This document shows, piece by piece, positions 45,820 through 55,742 of a DNA stretch of 64,000 nucleotides. A program made the position numbers and the translations under genes. Source of the stretch: Clostridia bacterium (GTDB lineage: Bacteria; Bacillota; Clostridia; Christensenellales; CAG-138); the NCBI GenBank assembly GCA_036651815.1, contig JAVVXB010000007.1:14192-78191 (forward strand). The letters are read 5' to 3'. The notes beneath the pieces were generated by a model, which saw nothing but the letters and a program-made list of their open reading frames with translations, was not told where the DNA came from and searched no databases. Numbering within the stretch: the first letter of the stretch is position 1; each line of letters starts with the position of its first letter.

Positions 45820-46697
45820 AGAAAAGAAACGAGGCAGGATTGGGTCATTTTAAAAAGCGCAGTCTGTTTCAGGAAACCTGGCAGAGACTTTCGAGGAACA
45901 GCCTAGCGATGGGCGGCCTCGCCATATTGGTGCTGCTGGTGCTGGTGGCGATCTTTGCCGATGTAATCGCTCCATTTCCCTATGACAAGCAGGATTATAA
46001 TGCACTGCTGCAAACGCCTTCCATGGCGCACCTCATGGGTACGGATGAATATGGCCGCGATATTTTAAGCCGCGTTATCTACGGCAGCCGAATTTCCCTC
46101 TACGTTGGGTTCATTTCTCTTGCATGCGGTGCTTTTGTCGGCTGTGTGGTGGGTTCCATCGCAGGATTTTTTGGCGGTATGACCGACAACGTGATTATGC
46201 GCATCTGTGACGTTTTGCACGGCATTCCGAGAATCGTGCTGGCGATTGCCATCGCTTCCACCATCGGTCCGGGTATTACAAGTGCGCTGATTGCTGTCGC
46301 GGTGAGCTCTGTGCCAAACTTTGCCCGCGTTGTGCGCGCAGCGACCATGACGGTTCGCGATCAGGAGTATGTGGAGGCGTCCCAGTCGCTTGGCGCCAGC
46401 AACGCCCGCATCATCGTCCGCCATATTTTTCCCAATATTCTTGCACCCATCATTGTGCAGGCCACTTTGGGTATCGGCACCTCCATTTTGCTATGCGCTT
46501 CTTTGAGCTTTCTTGGCCTCGGCGTACAGCCGCCTACACCGGAATGGGGCAGTATGCTTTCCAATGCGAGAAGCTTTATGCGTGACTATGCCTACATGGT
46601 CATTTCACCGGGCATCGCCATTATGCTGACCGTCCTTGCACTAAACCTGTTTGGCGATGGCTTGCGTGATGCGCTTGACCCCAAACTGAAGAGATAA
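45816..46697 (+). CDS. Dpp/Opp-type ABC transporter permease (DppC-like)
   Basis: HLMGTDEYGRDILSRVIYG block, EYVEASQSLGAS EAA loop. Overlaps the upstream gene by 4 nt. Confidence 0.9.
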   Translation: MKKRNEAGLGHFKKRSLFQETWQRLSRNSLAMGGLAILVLLVLVAIFADVIAPFPYDKQDYNALLQTPSMAHLMGTDEYGRDILSRVIYGSRISLYVGFISLACGAFVGCVVGSIAGFFGGMTDNVIMRICDVLHGIPRIVLAIAIASTIGPGITSALIAVAVSSVPNFARVVRAATMTVRDQEYVEASQSLGASNARIIVRHIFPNILAPIIVQATLGIGTSILLCASLSFLGLGVQPPTPEWGSMLSNARSFMRDYAYMVISPGIAIMLTVLALNLFGDGLRDALDPKLKR

Positions 46698-46710
46698 GGG
46701 GAGCGACACT

Positions 46711-47709
46711 ATGGAGAATATTAATAAACTTCTGGACATCAAGGATCTGTCCATTCACTATTTCACTGAAACCGGCGTTGTTCGGGCGGTAAACAACATT
46801 GATTTTGAGCTGAACCGTGGCGAGACGCTCGGTCTCGTCGGTGAAACGGGTGCGGGCAAGACTACCACGGCACTCGGCATTATGGGCCTGATTCCCGATC
46901 CGCCGGGCAAGGTGGTAAACGGGGAGATTCTTTTCGAAGGGCAAAACTTGCTCAAAGCCAGCAAGGCGCAGCTTCGCCATCACTGCGGCAAGGATCTTTC
47001 CATGATTTTTCAGGACCCAATGACCTCGCTAAACCCGATTTTGACCGTCGGAGACCAGATCTCCGAGGTAATCCGGTTGCACGAGAAGCTTTCCCGTAAG
47101 GACGCAACCCGCAAGGCTGCCGAGATATTGGAGATGGTGGGCATTCCCGCTGAACGGATGAGCGAGTATCCGCATCAGTTTTCCGGCGGCATGAAGCAAA
47201 GGGTCGTGATCGCCATCGCACTTGCCTGCAACCCAAAACTGATCATTGCGGACGAGCCGACTACCGCGCTGGATGTCACGATCCAAGCACAGGTACTCGA
47301 ACTTATGCACAATTTGCAGCAAAAGCTCAGCACGGCAATGCTACTGATTACCCACGATCTTGGCGTTGTTGCGGACAACTGTGACCGGGTCGCCATTATG
47401 TATGCGGGACAGATTGTGGAGATGGGATCCCTCAAAGATGTGTACGATGAGACGAAACATCCCTATACGAAGGGCCTCTTTGCATCGCTTCCGAGTCTGT
47501 CAACGAAGACGAAGCGCCTTGTTCCCATCAAGGGCCTGATGCCGGATCCCACGGATCTGCCATCCGGCTGTCCGTTTCATCCCCGCTGCCCCAGCTGCAT
47601 GGAAGCGTGCAAGCTGCGTATGCCTGAAAACAATGAGGTCGCGCCCGGACACTATGTGCGGTGCCTACTCTATGAAGCGTGCTCGACGGTTGGAGGTCAA
47701 GATGTCTAA
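46711..47709 (+). CDS. Dpp/Opp-type ABC transporter ATP-binding protein (DppD-like)
   Basis: Walker [37 protein letters not shown]-terminal HPYTKGL...GCPFHPRCP. Confidence 0.92.
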   Translation: MENINKLLDIKDLSIHYFTETGVVRAVNNIDFELNRGETLGLVGETGAGKTTTALGIMGLIPDPPGKVVNGEILFEGQNLLKASKAQLRHHCGKDLSMIFQDPMTSLNPILTVGDQISEVIRLHEKLSRKDATRKAAEILEMVGIPAERMSEYPHQFSGGMKQRVVIAIALACNPKLIIADEPTTALDVTIQAQVLELMHNLQQKLSTAMLLITHDLGVVADNCDRVAIMYAGQIVEMGSLKDVYDETKHPYTKGLFASLPSLSTKTKRLVPIKGLMPDPTDLPSGCPFHPRCPSCMEACKLRMPENNEVAPGHYVRCLLYEACSTVGGQDV

Positions 47710-48664
47710 CACATTGATCGAAGTTCAAAACTTAAAAAAGTATTTTAAAACGCCTCATGGCCTGCTCCATGCGGTTGATGACGTGAGTTTTTCCATTGAG
47801 CGCGGGCAGACGCTGGGCGTGGTCGGAGAGTCGGGCTGTGGAAAATCAACGCTTGGGCGCGTCATCATCAAACTTCTTGACGCGACTGACGGCAAGATTA
47901 TCTTTGAAGGCGAAGATATTACAAAGCAGGAACACTCCCTTGCGCAGCGCCGCAAAATGCAGATGATTTTCCAGGATCCATTTTCCTCGTTGAATCCGCG
48001 TATGTCCGTAAGCCAAATTATTGCCGAACCGCTGCAGATTCACCATGTATTCAAGAGCCAGGACGAGCTGAACGAACGCATTCGGGATCTCATGTCCACG
48101 GTGGGTTTAGCCGAGCGATTTGCAAACGCCTATCCGCATGAGTTGGACGGCGGCCGGAGGCAGCGGATCGGCATCGCCCGCGCGCTTGCGCTTGAACCTG
48201 AGTTTATCGTGTGCGATGAGCCCGTTTCCGCGCTGGATGTGTCGATTCAGGCACAGATTCTCAACCTCATGCAGGACCTGCAGGAGGAGCGGAATATTAC
48301 ATACATGTTCATTACCCACGACATGTCGGTAGTGAAGCATATTTCCAACGACATCGTCGTGATGTACCTTGGCAACATGGTGGAGAAGGCCGGAGCGGAT
48401 GAGCTATTCGAGCATACCCTACATCCATACTCGAAGGCGCTGCTCTCTGCGATTCCGGAGCCAAATATTCATAACAAGAAAAAACGAACCATCCTGCGGG
48501 GCGAAATCACATCCCCGATCGATCCGCCGGCAGGATGCCGCTTTGCCGTGCGCTGCGCCTATGCCACAGAGGAGTGTTTCCACCGCACGCCGGTGCTGGA
48601 AGAAGTTCTGCCGGATCATTATGTAGCTTGTAACCATGTCCGAAAAATTAATGGACTGGGCTAA
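47702..48664 (+). CDS. Dpp/Opp-type ABC transporter ATP-binding protein (DppF-like)
   Basis: Walker A GESGCGKST, LDGGRRQRIGIARAL, VCDEPVSALD, C-terminal HPYSKALL...GCRFAVRC. ATG 47702 overlaps the upstream gene. Confidence 0.92.
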   Translation: MSNTLIEVQNLKKYFKTPHGLLHAVDDVSFSIERGQTLGVVGESGCGKSTLGRVIIKLLDATDGKIIFEGEDITKQEHSLAQRRKMQMIFQDPFSSLNPRMSVSQIIAEPLQIHHVFKSQDELNERIRDLMSTVGLAERFANAYPHELDGGRRQRIGIARALALEPEFIVCDEPVSALDVSIQAQILNLMQDLQEERNITYMFITHDMSVVKHISNDIVVMYLGNMVEKAGADELFEHTLHPYSKALLSAIPEPNIHNKKKRTILRGEITSPIDPPAGCRFAVRCAYATEECFHRTPVLEEVLPDHYVACNHVRKINGLG

Positions 48665-48673
48665 GGAGAATTG

Positions 48674-50044
48674 ATGGAAATGAGTTATTTTCGGACGCTT
48701 GCTGAACATTTTTCGCAATGCCGGATGTCGGATATCGATGATGAAACGCTGCATCAGGTGCGGCGTTCGCTTGTCAATTACTTAGGCGGAAGCGTCTATA
48801 CGGCTTCGCACGATAGCTGCGCACAGCTGCTTGCGATGATCCGCACCATGGACACCGGCGGCAAGTCGACTGTCTGGTCGGAGGCGCTGCCCGCAGCGCC
48901 GATGATCGCGGCGTTTTCCAATGCGGCGCGCCTATCGAGTCTTGAGCTCAATGACGGCACAAAGGCCTCGGCGCATCCTGGCATCTATGTATGGTCCAGC
49001 ACCCTTGCGACCTATCAGCAGTACGGTGGCAGCGTGGAGGATGTTATACGAGCGGTGGTCTTTGGCTACGATGTTTGCACGCGTATGGCGATGCTGTCCA
49101 TTGAACGTATCCTTGAGCTGGGCTTGCACAACCCTGGGTTTGTGGGTGGCCTCGGCGCAGTTGCCGCCGCGGGTCTTCTGCGCGGGTTGTCGGTTGACGA
49201 GCTCTGCAATGCATTCGGTATCGCTGCATCCCTGCTGCCGCTCTGCCCCTTTGTCAGCTTTGTGGAGGGATCGGATTCCAAGGATCTCTATGGCGGATGG
49301 GGCGCTTACCTTGGTCTGTTTGCAGTGGAGGCCGCTTCTCGCGGGCTGACCGGTCCTGAGCATGTACTCAAGGGGATAAAGGCGCTCGATACCATTTTTC
49401 AAGGTGACAGCGGCAAGGAGATCGAACCTGGCAACCCCTATTTGATCAACTGGTTGTCCATCAAGGAATATCCGGCCTGCTTTGCCGTCAGTCCAGCGGT
49501 CAATGCGGTGCTGGCGCTGCAAAGAAAGCATGCCATCGACCCGGAGCAAATCGAATCGGTTGTTGTGGACACCTATCCATATTCGTTCGATCTCAACCAG
49601 GGCGTTGGTCGCAGTCCGAACGTTACTTCCGGAAAGCTTTCCCTCTACTATACTGTTGCCGTTGTCCTGATGGACGGCCAGCTTTCGCCGGATGCATTTG
49701 CTGATGAAACGTTGCATGATACGCGGTATCAGGCTCTTCGTGACAAGATCACGACCAAGCGGCACGATGCCTATGGCAACGGTCCGACCGGTATCCGCGG
49801 CTGCGTGATCGAGATCCGGATGAAGGATGGACAAGTGCTTGTAGAGGAATTTAACGCTACCGAAAACAAGAAGATCTATTCCGATGAAATGCTGTATGAG
49901 AAATACTGCGGCTTGACAAAGGATGTGCTCACGCCGCCGCAGCAAAAGGAATTGTATGACTTTGCCATGCAGATGGACGTTAAGCAAGACCTTGATTCCA
50001 TTTTACACTTACTGCATACGCTGCCAAAAGTGCATAAAAACTGA
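48674..50044 (+). CDS. MmgE/PrpD-family protein (2-methylcitrate dehydratase superfamily)
   Basis: Family-typical N-terminus (FRTLAEHFSQ...DIDDETLHQVRRSLVNYLG), about 455 aa, blocks SSLELNDG, GLHNPGFVGGLGA. AAGGAG RBS 5 nt before ATG 48674. Confidence 0.75.
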   Translation: MEMSYFRTLAEHFSQCRMSDIDDETLHQVRRSLVNYLGGSVYTASHDSCAQLLAMIRTMDTGGKSTVWSEALPAAPMIAAFSNAARLSSLELNDGTKASAHPGIYVWSSTLATYQQYGGSVEDVIRAVVFGYDVCTRMAMLSIERILELGLHNPGFVGGLGAVAAAGLLRGLSVDELCNAFGIAASLLPLCPFVSFVEGSDSKDLYGGWGAYLGLFAVEAASRGLTGPEHVLKGIKALDTIFQGDSGKEIEPGNPYLINWLSIKEYPACFAVSPAVNAVLALQRKHAIDPEQIESVVVDTYPYSFDLNQGVGRSPNVTSGKLSLYYTVAVVLMDGQLSPDAFADETLHDTRYQALRDKITTKRHDAYGNGPTGIRGCVIEIRMKDGQVLVEEFNATENKKIYSDEMLYEKYCGLTKDVLTPPQQKELYDFAMQMDVKQDLDSILHLLHTLPKVHKN

Positions 50045-50058
50045 GATTTGTGGGAGAT

Positions 50059-51285
50059 ATGAAGATACAGGTCATACAAGAGCAATTGCAAACGCCCGTC
50101 TTGGGGGAGTATGATGTCATTATCGCCGGCGGCGGCGTTGCGGGCGTCTGCGCCGCTGTGGCGGCTCGGCGCGCCGGGGTGCAGCGCGTGCTTTTGCTTG
50201 AAAAGGGGATTCTCTTTGGCGGACTTGCTACGCAGGGATTGATCGCACTCTATGAGCCCATCTGCGACGGACAGGGGCGCAAAGTTACCTATGGCATGGG
50301 TGCGGAACTGATGCAGCTTTGCATGAAGTACGGACCGGATGTGTTGCCAGAGCAGTGGCGGAGCGATCCGGATGCCGCGCAGGGTGATAACCAGCGGTAT
50401 AAGACATTCTTCTCCCCGACAATGTTTGCCATGGCATTGGACGAATTTGTGCTGGATGCCGGGGTGGAGGTTCTGTTCGATACGCAGGTTGTGCGCCCGG
50501 TGATGGATGGCGTAAGGTGTATAGGCCTTGTTGTGGAGAACAAAAACGGACGTGGCATGTACAAGGCAAAAGCCATCGTAGATACCACGGGTGATGCCGA
50601 CATCTGTTGCCGCGCCGGCGTTCCCTGTGTAACGGGTCAGAACTATATGACGTTTATGGCATACCGGGCGGACATGGAAGCGGCCGGGAGCGCCATAGTC
50701 GAAAATAATATTCTTAAGGCGCGAAAATGGACGTTGCTGGGCGCTGGGCCTCGTGGCAACGGCCATCCGGAAAATGTTCCGCTAATCGCGGGAACAACGG
50801 CCAAAGAAGTCACAAAATATGTGCTTGACGGACGAAGAATGATGTTGGAGAGCATGCGCGGCGAGGATCGTTTTGCAAGAGATATCAGTATGTTGCCCAC
50901 GATGCCGCAGCTGCGAACAACGCGCCACATACGGGGCGCATATGCGTTACAGGAATTGGATGTGTGCACGGCCCAGACGGATTCTGTAGGTGTTGTTGCG
51001 GACTTCCAGACGCCGGGAGAATGGTACGAGTTACCCTATCGTGCACTCTACGATCCCGCGTACCCGAACCTTTGGACTGCAGGACGAACCGCTGCCGCAG
51101 AGGGCTGGGCATGGAGTGCCATACGCGTCATTCCCGGCGCGGCCTGCTCCGGGCAGGCCGTCGGCATTGCAGCAGCGCTGTGCGTCCGGCATGGCCTTGC
51201 GGCTTATGACCTGCCATACGCAATGCTGCTCGACGTTATCACGGCTGAGGGTGGGCGCGTACATGCGGGACAGGCATGCCGGTAG
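50059..51285 (+). CDS. FAD-dependent oxidoreductase (FAD_oxidored-type Rossmann)
   Basis: YDVIIAGGGVAGVCAAVAARRAGVQRVLLLEKG dinucleotide fold and DTTGDADI block. The start (ATG 50059 or GTG 50050) is uncertain. Confidence 0.75.
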   Translation: MKIQVIQEQLQTPVLGEYDVIIAGGGVAGVCAAVAARRAGVQRVLLLEKGILFGGLATQGLIALYEPICDGQGRKVTYGMGAELMQLCMKYGPDVLPEQWRSDPDAAQGDNQRYKTFFSPTMFAMALDEFVLDAGVEVLFDTQVVRPVMDGVRCIGLVVENKNGRGMYKAKAIVDTTGDADICCRAGVPCVTGQNYMTFMAYRADMEAAGSAIVENNILKARKWTLLGAGPRGNGHPENVPLIAGTTAKEVTKYVLDGRRMMLESMRGEDRFARDISMLPTMPQLRTTRHIRGAYALQELDVCTAQTDSVGVVADFQTPGEWYELPYRALYDPAYPNLWTAGRTAAAEGWAWSAIRVIPGAACSGQAVGIAAALCVRHGLAAYDLPYAMLLDVITAEGGRVHAGQACR

Positions 51286-51322
51286 AAAGACTTTACGTAT
51301 GACAAGGATGGGGGAATGGACT

Positions 51323-52597
51323 ATGGAACGAAACAGCGCTTTATACCAACAGTATACCAACATCCTGCGCGAGGAATTAGTTCCCGCCATGGGGTGTACG
51401 GAGCCGATTGCTATTGCCTACGCTGCGGCGAAATGCCGCGCGCTGCTAAGTTGCATGCCGGAAAGGCTCACGCTCAGGGTCAGCGGTAGCATCATTAAGA
51501 ATGTCAAGAGTGTAATCGTGCCGAACACCGGTGGACGCAAGGGCATGGAGGTCGCGGTTGCGGCTGGAACCGTTGCCGGTGACGAGGATGCGAAGCTACA
51601 GGTTCTCGCGAACATACAGCCGGAGCAACACCGGCAAATGGAGCGTTTTCTTGCGGATGTACCCATTGAGATAAAGCCCTCATGCAACGGAATCCAGTTT
51701 TATATCGATCTTATGGCCTTTGGAAAAGGGCATTGTTCGCGCGTTGTTATCGCTTATCACCACACCAACATCGTCCGCATAGAGATGGACGGCAACGTGC
51801 TGCTGGATCTGCCCGAACAGTCTTCAGAAGGGTATGGGACGGACAGGAGCGTACTTACGGTGGCGGGAATCTGCGATTATGCGCGTACGCTTGCACCTGA
51901 GGACGTGGAACCGATGATTGGAAGGCAGATTGCCTGCAACAGTGCGTTGTCGCAGGAGGGGCTTTCAAACCCTTGGGGTGCACAAATTGGCCGGATTCTA
52001 AAGCGCGACAGTGGCGGCGATGTTCGCTTCGAAGCCCGCGCGGCGGCGGCGGCGGGAAGCGATGCGCGCATGAACGGTTGCGAGTTGCCGGCCATTATTC
52101 TCTCCGGCAGTGGAAATCAGGGCCTCACGGCCACCATGCCAATTCTTGTGTATGGCGAGCATCTACACAGCACGAAGGAGCAGATATTGCGTGCGCTGGT
52201 GCTATCCGACTTGATTACGGTGCATCAGAAAACCGGGATCGGCAGCGTTTCTGCCTTTTGTGGCGCGGTGTGCGCGGGCGCGGGCGCGGGATGTGGCATC
52301 GCCTTGCTACAGGGAGCGGATGACGACGTGATTTGCCATACGCTTGTCAACACACTCGCCATTCTTTCCGGCATGATTTGCGATGGGGCGAAGTCTTCCT
52401 GTGCTGCGAAGATTTCCGCCGCCGTGGATGCGGGCATCCTGGGCTACTCGATGTATATGCATGGACAGCAGTTTTATGGCGGAGACGGCATTGTGAAAAA
52501 AGGCGTAGAGGCGTCTATCAACAGCGTTTGCGAGGTTGCCCGGGAGGGTATGCGTGAAACCAACGAACGAATACTGGAAGTTATGCTGCAAAAGTGA
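51323..52597 (+). CDS. UPF0597/YhaM-like protein (L-cysteine desulfidase / serine dehydratase alpha-like family)
   Basis: LREELVPAMGCTEPIAIAYAAAK N-terminal signature, SGSGNQGLT, and ICDGAKSSCAAK near the C-terminus. The track ORF from 50990 overlaps the previous gene and is rejected. Confidence 0.75.
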   Translation: MERNSALYQQYTNILREELVPAMGCTEPIAIAYAAAKCRALLSCMPERLTLRVSGSIIKNVKSVIVPNTGGRKGMEVAVAAGTVAGDEDAKLQVLANIQPEQHRQMERFLADVPIEIKPSCNGIQFYIDLMAFGKGHCSRVVIAYHHTNIVRIEMDGNVLLDLPEQSSEGYGTDRSVLTVAGICDYARTLAPEDVEPMIGRQIACNSALSQEGLSNPWGAQIGRILKRDSGGDVRFEARAAAAAGSDARMNGCELPAIILSGSGNQGLTATMPILVYGEHLHSTKEQILRALVLSDLITVHQKTGIGSVSAFCGAVCAGAGAGCGIALLQGADDDVICHTLVNTLAILSGMICDGAKSSCAAKISAAVDAGILGYSMYMHGQQFYGGDGIVKKGVEASINSVCEVAREGMRETNERILEVMLQK

Positions 52598-52661
52598 TGC
52601 GCCAAACGGCGGGAATCCACCCGCGCTGATAAGCGGCCGGGCAGAGAAGGAGACAAAACGG

Positions 52662-53855
52662 TTGCGCTACGATTTTGACCAGATTATAGACAGAACGCAT
52701 ACGAATTCTTCCAAGTGGGACAATGTGGGCGCGCGCCTCGGCAACGCCAATGCGATTCCCATGTGGCTTGCGGATGCGGACTTTGTTTCTCCCGAGCCGG
52801 TGAAAAAAATGCTGGAGGAGCGCGTGCGCCACGGCATCTATGGGTATCCATACCGTACGGACGATTTTCAAGCGGCGACCAAACGGTGGATTCTCAAACA
52901 ACACCATATCGAATTACAGGAAAACTGGATGGTCTTTACCACCGGCGTCGTGCCGATTATCTACACGGCCATTGAGGCCTTTACGGAAGCGGGTGATGAA
53001 ATCATCATTCAGCAACCGGTATATCACCCATTTATTCACGCGATACAAGACCAGAATCGCATTATCTCCAACAATGCCCTGCTCTATGTGGATGGCCGCT
53101 ATACGATCGATTTCGATGACCTTGCGCGGCGTGCGGCGAGCAAAAAAGCAAAGCTGATGGTTTTCTGCAACCCTCATAACCCGGTGGGCCGTTGTTGGAG
53201 CAGGGAGGAAGTTGACCGGGTCTCCCAAATATGCCTGGATAATCAAGTATTGCTCATCAGCGACGAAATTCATTCCGACCTGATGCTCTTTGGACACCGG
53301 CACAGCCCTGCCGCAATTGGGAACGATGGCTTTGAGCGCAATACCATATTGTGCTACGCACCTAGCAAAACCTTTAATATCGCCGGGCTCAGGGGCTCTT
53401 GCGCCGTGATTGTGAACGCCGAAACCCGGCAACGTTTTTCCTACCAGCTGCGCTGTAACGACAGCGTACAGGAAAGCCTGTTTTCCATCCCGGCATATGT
53501 GACTGCCTACACCATGTGTGACGATTATCTCGAACAGATGTTGCCCTATCTCGAGGGTAACATACGGTATCTCGATGCATACCTAAAGGAGCATATGGCG
53601 CGAATTCGACTCGTGCGGCCGGAGGCCACCTATCTTATGTGGCTCGATTGCGCGGGGCTAGGACTTGAAAAGGAAGCCCTGTACGACTTTATCATCAACC
53701 GTTGTCTGGTGGGCGTGAGCCGTGGCGATGGCTTTGGCGCCGAGGGCGGATCGTTTGTACGCATGAATATTGCCTGTCCACGTATAACGCTTGAAAGGGC
53801 ATTGAATCAAATGCGCAACGAATACGAAAAGTGCTTTCGGGAAGTGGATGAATGA
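52662..53855 (+). CDS. PatB/MalY-type PLP-dependent C-S lyase (cystathionine beta-lyase-like aminotransferase fold)
   Basis: YDFDQIIDRTHTNSSKWD N-terminus is typical of MalY/PatB. Also NPHNPVGR and SKTFNIAGLR (PLP Lys). TTG 52662 lies 9 nt after AAGGAG. Confidence 0.8.
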   Translation: MRYDFDQIIDRTHTNSSKWDNVGARLGNANAIPMWLADADFVSPEPVKKMLEERVRHGIYGYPYRTDDFQAATKRWILKQHHIELQENWMVFTTGVVPIIYTAIEAFTEAGDEIIIQQPVYHPFIHAIQDQNRIISNNALLYVDGRYTIDFDDLARRAASKKAKLMVFCNPHNPVGRCWSREEVDRVSQICLDNQVLLISDEIHSDLMLFGHRHSPAAIGNDGFERNTILCYAPSKTFNIAGLRGSCAVIVNAETRQRFSYQLRCNDSVQESLFSIPAYVTAYTMCDDYLEQMLPYLEGNIRYLDAYLKEHMARIRLVRPEATYLMWLDCAGLGLEKEALYDFIINRCLVGVSRGDGFGAEGGSFVRMNIACPRITLERALNQMRNEYEKCFREVDE

Positions 53856-54766
53856 ACAATATCGCCCCTCACAATTCGACGCTGAAGGGATATCTGCTGC
53901 TGCTCTCGACCTTCTTTATCTGGGGCAGCGTCTATGTTGTTGGCAAGTATTCGATGGGTGTTTTATCGCCGGTGACCATAGCCGGGGGGCGATATTTGAT
54001 TGCATTTATCGTGATGATGGCCGTCGGTGGCAAGCGTTACAAGGTGAAGATTGACAAGGCGGACTGGAAGTATTTCTTCATCATTGGTGTGCTGGGACAC
54101 TACCTGCAGACCATTGTGAACCTGTTTGGGGTGCAGCTGATCGGTGCGTCTACGGCATCGCTGATCAACTCTATGAATCCGGTGAGCATCAGCATCGTTG
54201 CTGCCATTTTGTTGCACGAGCGAATTGATGCAGTGCAGATTAGTTGTATCGTTCTCTCCGTTATTGGCGCGGTTGTTATTACAAGCGGTGCGGATGGCAA
54301 CGGACAGGTTATGGGCGTACTGCTCTCTGTCAGCGCGATTATCCTCTGGGCAGTTGCTTCCGTGAGCCTACGAAAGATGGCTGCAAAATATGGCGTCATG
54401 CCTGTCACCATTTATGGCATCATCATTAGCCTTATGTTCTATATACCAACCATGGCGGTGGACATAATTCATCAAGGCGGGCTACATTTGACGTGGGGGG
54501 CTGCCGGCGCGGTACTGTATCTGGGCATCTTTGGGACAGCGTTGGCCGGATATCTATGGACTAAGGCGCTTTCTATGCTGGAAGCCAGCGTATGCTCCGT
54601 ATTTTATCCGCTACAGGCACTGTTTTCCGCCTTGCTCGGTGCGGCATTTCTGCACGAACGATTTCAATCAACATTCTATATTGGTGCGGCGATAATCGCC
54701 GTGAGCGTGGCTGTCAACTGCTTGCACCACGACAAAACGAAACAAGGACAGACTGTGCTGAGGTGA
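53852..54766 (+). CDS. DMT-superfamily (EamA) transporter
   Basis: Ten TM spans, two EamA halves (FIWGSVYVVGK ...; ILWAVASVSLRK ...). 4-nt overlap with the upstream gene. Confidence 0.8.
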   Translation: MNNIAPHNSTLKGYLLLLSTFFIWGSVYVVGKYSMGVLSPVTIAGGRYLIAFIVMMAVGGKRYKVKIDKADWKYFFIIGVLGHYLQTIVNLFGVQLIGASTASLINSMNPVSISIVAAILLHERIDAVQISCIVLSVIGAVVITSGADGNGQVMGVLLSVSAIILWAVASVSLRKMAAKYGVMPVTIYGIIISLMFYIPTMAVDIIHQGGLHLTWGAAGAVLYLGIFGTALAGYLWTKALSMLEASVCSVFYPLQALFSALLGAAFLHERFQSTFYIGAAIIAVSVAVNCLHHDKTKQGQTVLR

Positions 54767-54770
54767 CATA

Positions 54771-55721
54771 ATGAACATTCCATCCAAAGTAACTTTGTGC
54801 GAGGTCGGACTCCGTGACGGACTGCAAAACGAAAAGACCTTGCTTGCCACAGACGGAAAGCTGGAGCTTGCAAGGGCCATTATCGCGGCTGGCTGCAGGG
54901 CCATAGAACTCGGCTCCTTTGTAAGTCCCAAATCCGTGCCGCAGATGGCGGACACAGATGCGCTCTTTTCAGCGCTTGGCGGAACGCCGGGTGTTGAACT
55001 GCGTGCGCTGATTGCCAATCCGCGCGGCGTGGAGCGGGCCGCCGCCTGTGGCTGCAAGAAGGTGAAGCTAAACGTTTCAGCAAGCCGTGCGCACAATCTC
55101 GCGAATCTTCATATGACACCGGAGGAGAGCGTTTCGCGGTTTCAGGAAAGCTGCGTACTGGCCAAGACGTACGGGATTGGTATTTCAGGCTCGATCTCTA
55201 TGCCGTTTGGTTCGCCTTGGGAGAAAGAAATTCTCGTCCAAGACGTGCTGCAGATCATCGAGGCGTACCTCGATGTGGGCGTGAATGAAATCTCTCTTTC
55301 CGACACCTCGGGTATGGCGGTTCCGACGCAAGTTTATTCGCTTTGCGAACTTGTGCAGCGGACATATCCGTCCGTGCGCTGGTGGTTGCATTTTCACAAT
55401 ACACGCGGGGCGGCAATGGCCAATATCCTTGCCGCGCTGCAGGCGGGCATTACGCGATTCGATACCTCTTTTGCGGGATTGGGCGGTTGCCCGTTCGTTC
55501 CCGGCGCTGCAGGCAATATTGCGACCGAGGACGTTGTGCATATGCTGCAAGAGATGGGTGTCGAAACGGGAATTGCGCTCGATCAGACCATAAAACTTGC
55601 AAGAAGACTCAAAGAGCTCGTTGGACATGAAACGGACAGCTACTTGCTTCGCGCAGGCTGTTCGCGGGATCTAAAACTGGAGCTGCCGGTCAGCCAATCC
55701 CATGCTGCGGTAGCAAAGTAA
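54771..55721 (+). CDS. HMG-CoA-lyase-like (HMGL/DRE-TIM) aldolase-lyase
   Basis: VTLCEVGLRDGLQNE N-terminal signature, ISLSDTSGMA, and HFHNTRGAAMANILAAL metal-binding block. Confidence 0.8.
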   Translation: MNIPSKVTLCEVGLRDGLQNEKTLLATDGKLELARAIIAAGCRAIELGSFVSPKSVPQMADTDALFSALGGTPGVELRALIANPRGVERAAACGCKKVKLNVSASRAHNLANLHMTPEESVSRFQESCVLAKTYGIGISGSISMPFGSPWEKEILVQDVLQIIEAYLDVGVNEISLSDTSGMAVPTQVYSLCELVQRTYPSVRWWLHFHNTRGAAMANILAALQAGITRFDTSFAGLGGCPFVPGAAGNIATEDVVHMLQEMGVETGIALDQTIKLARRLKELVGHETDSYLLRAGCSRDLKLELPVSQSHAAVAK

Positions 55722-55742
55722 AGCAGCGTTCAGGAGGAAAGC

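Noticed and set aside
50990-51322. Long N-terminal extensions in the ORF track (50990 for the YhaM-like gene, 52536 for the C-S lyase, 21678 for the DMT gene, 7823 for the second glycosidase, 39538 for aroE, 47633 for the second ATPase, 19187 for the flavoprotein)
   Set aside because: The extensions overlap the preceding gene in another frame, have no homology-like motifs, and a downstream start with a proper RBS reproduces the family-typical N-terminus.
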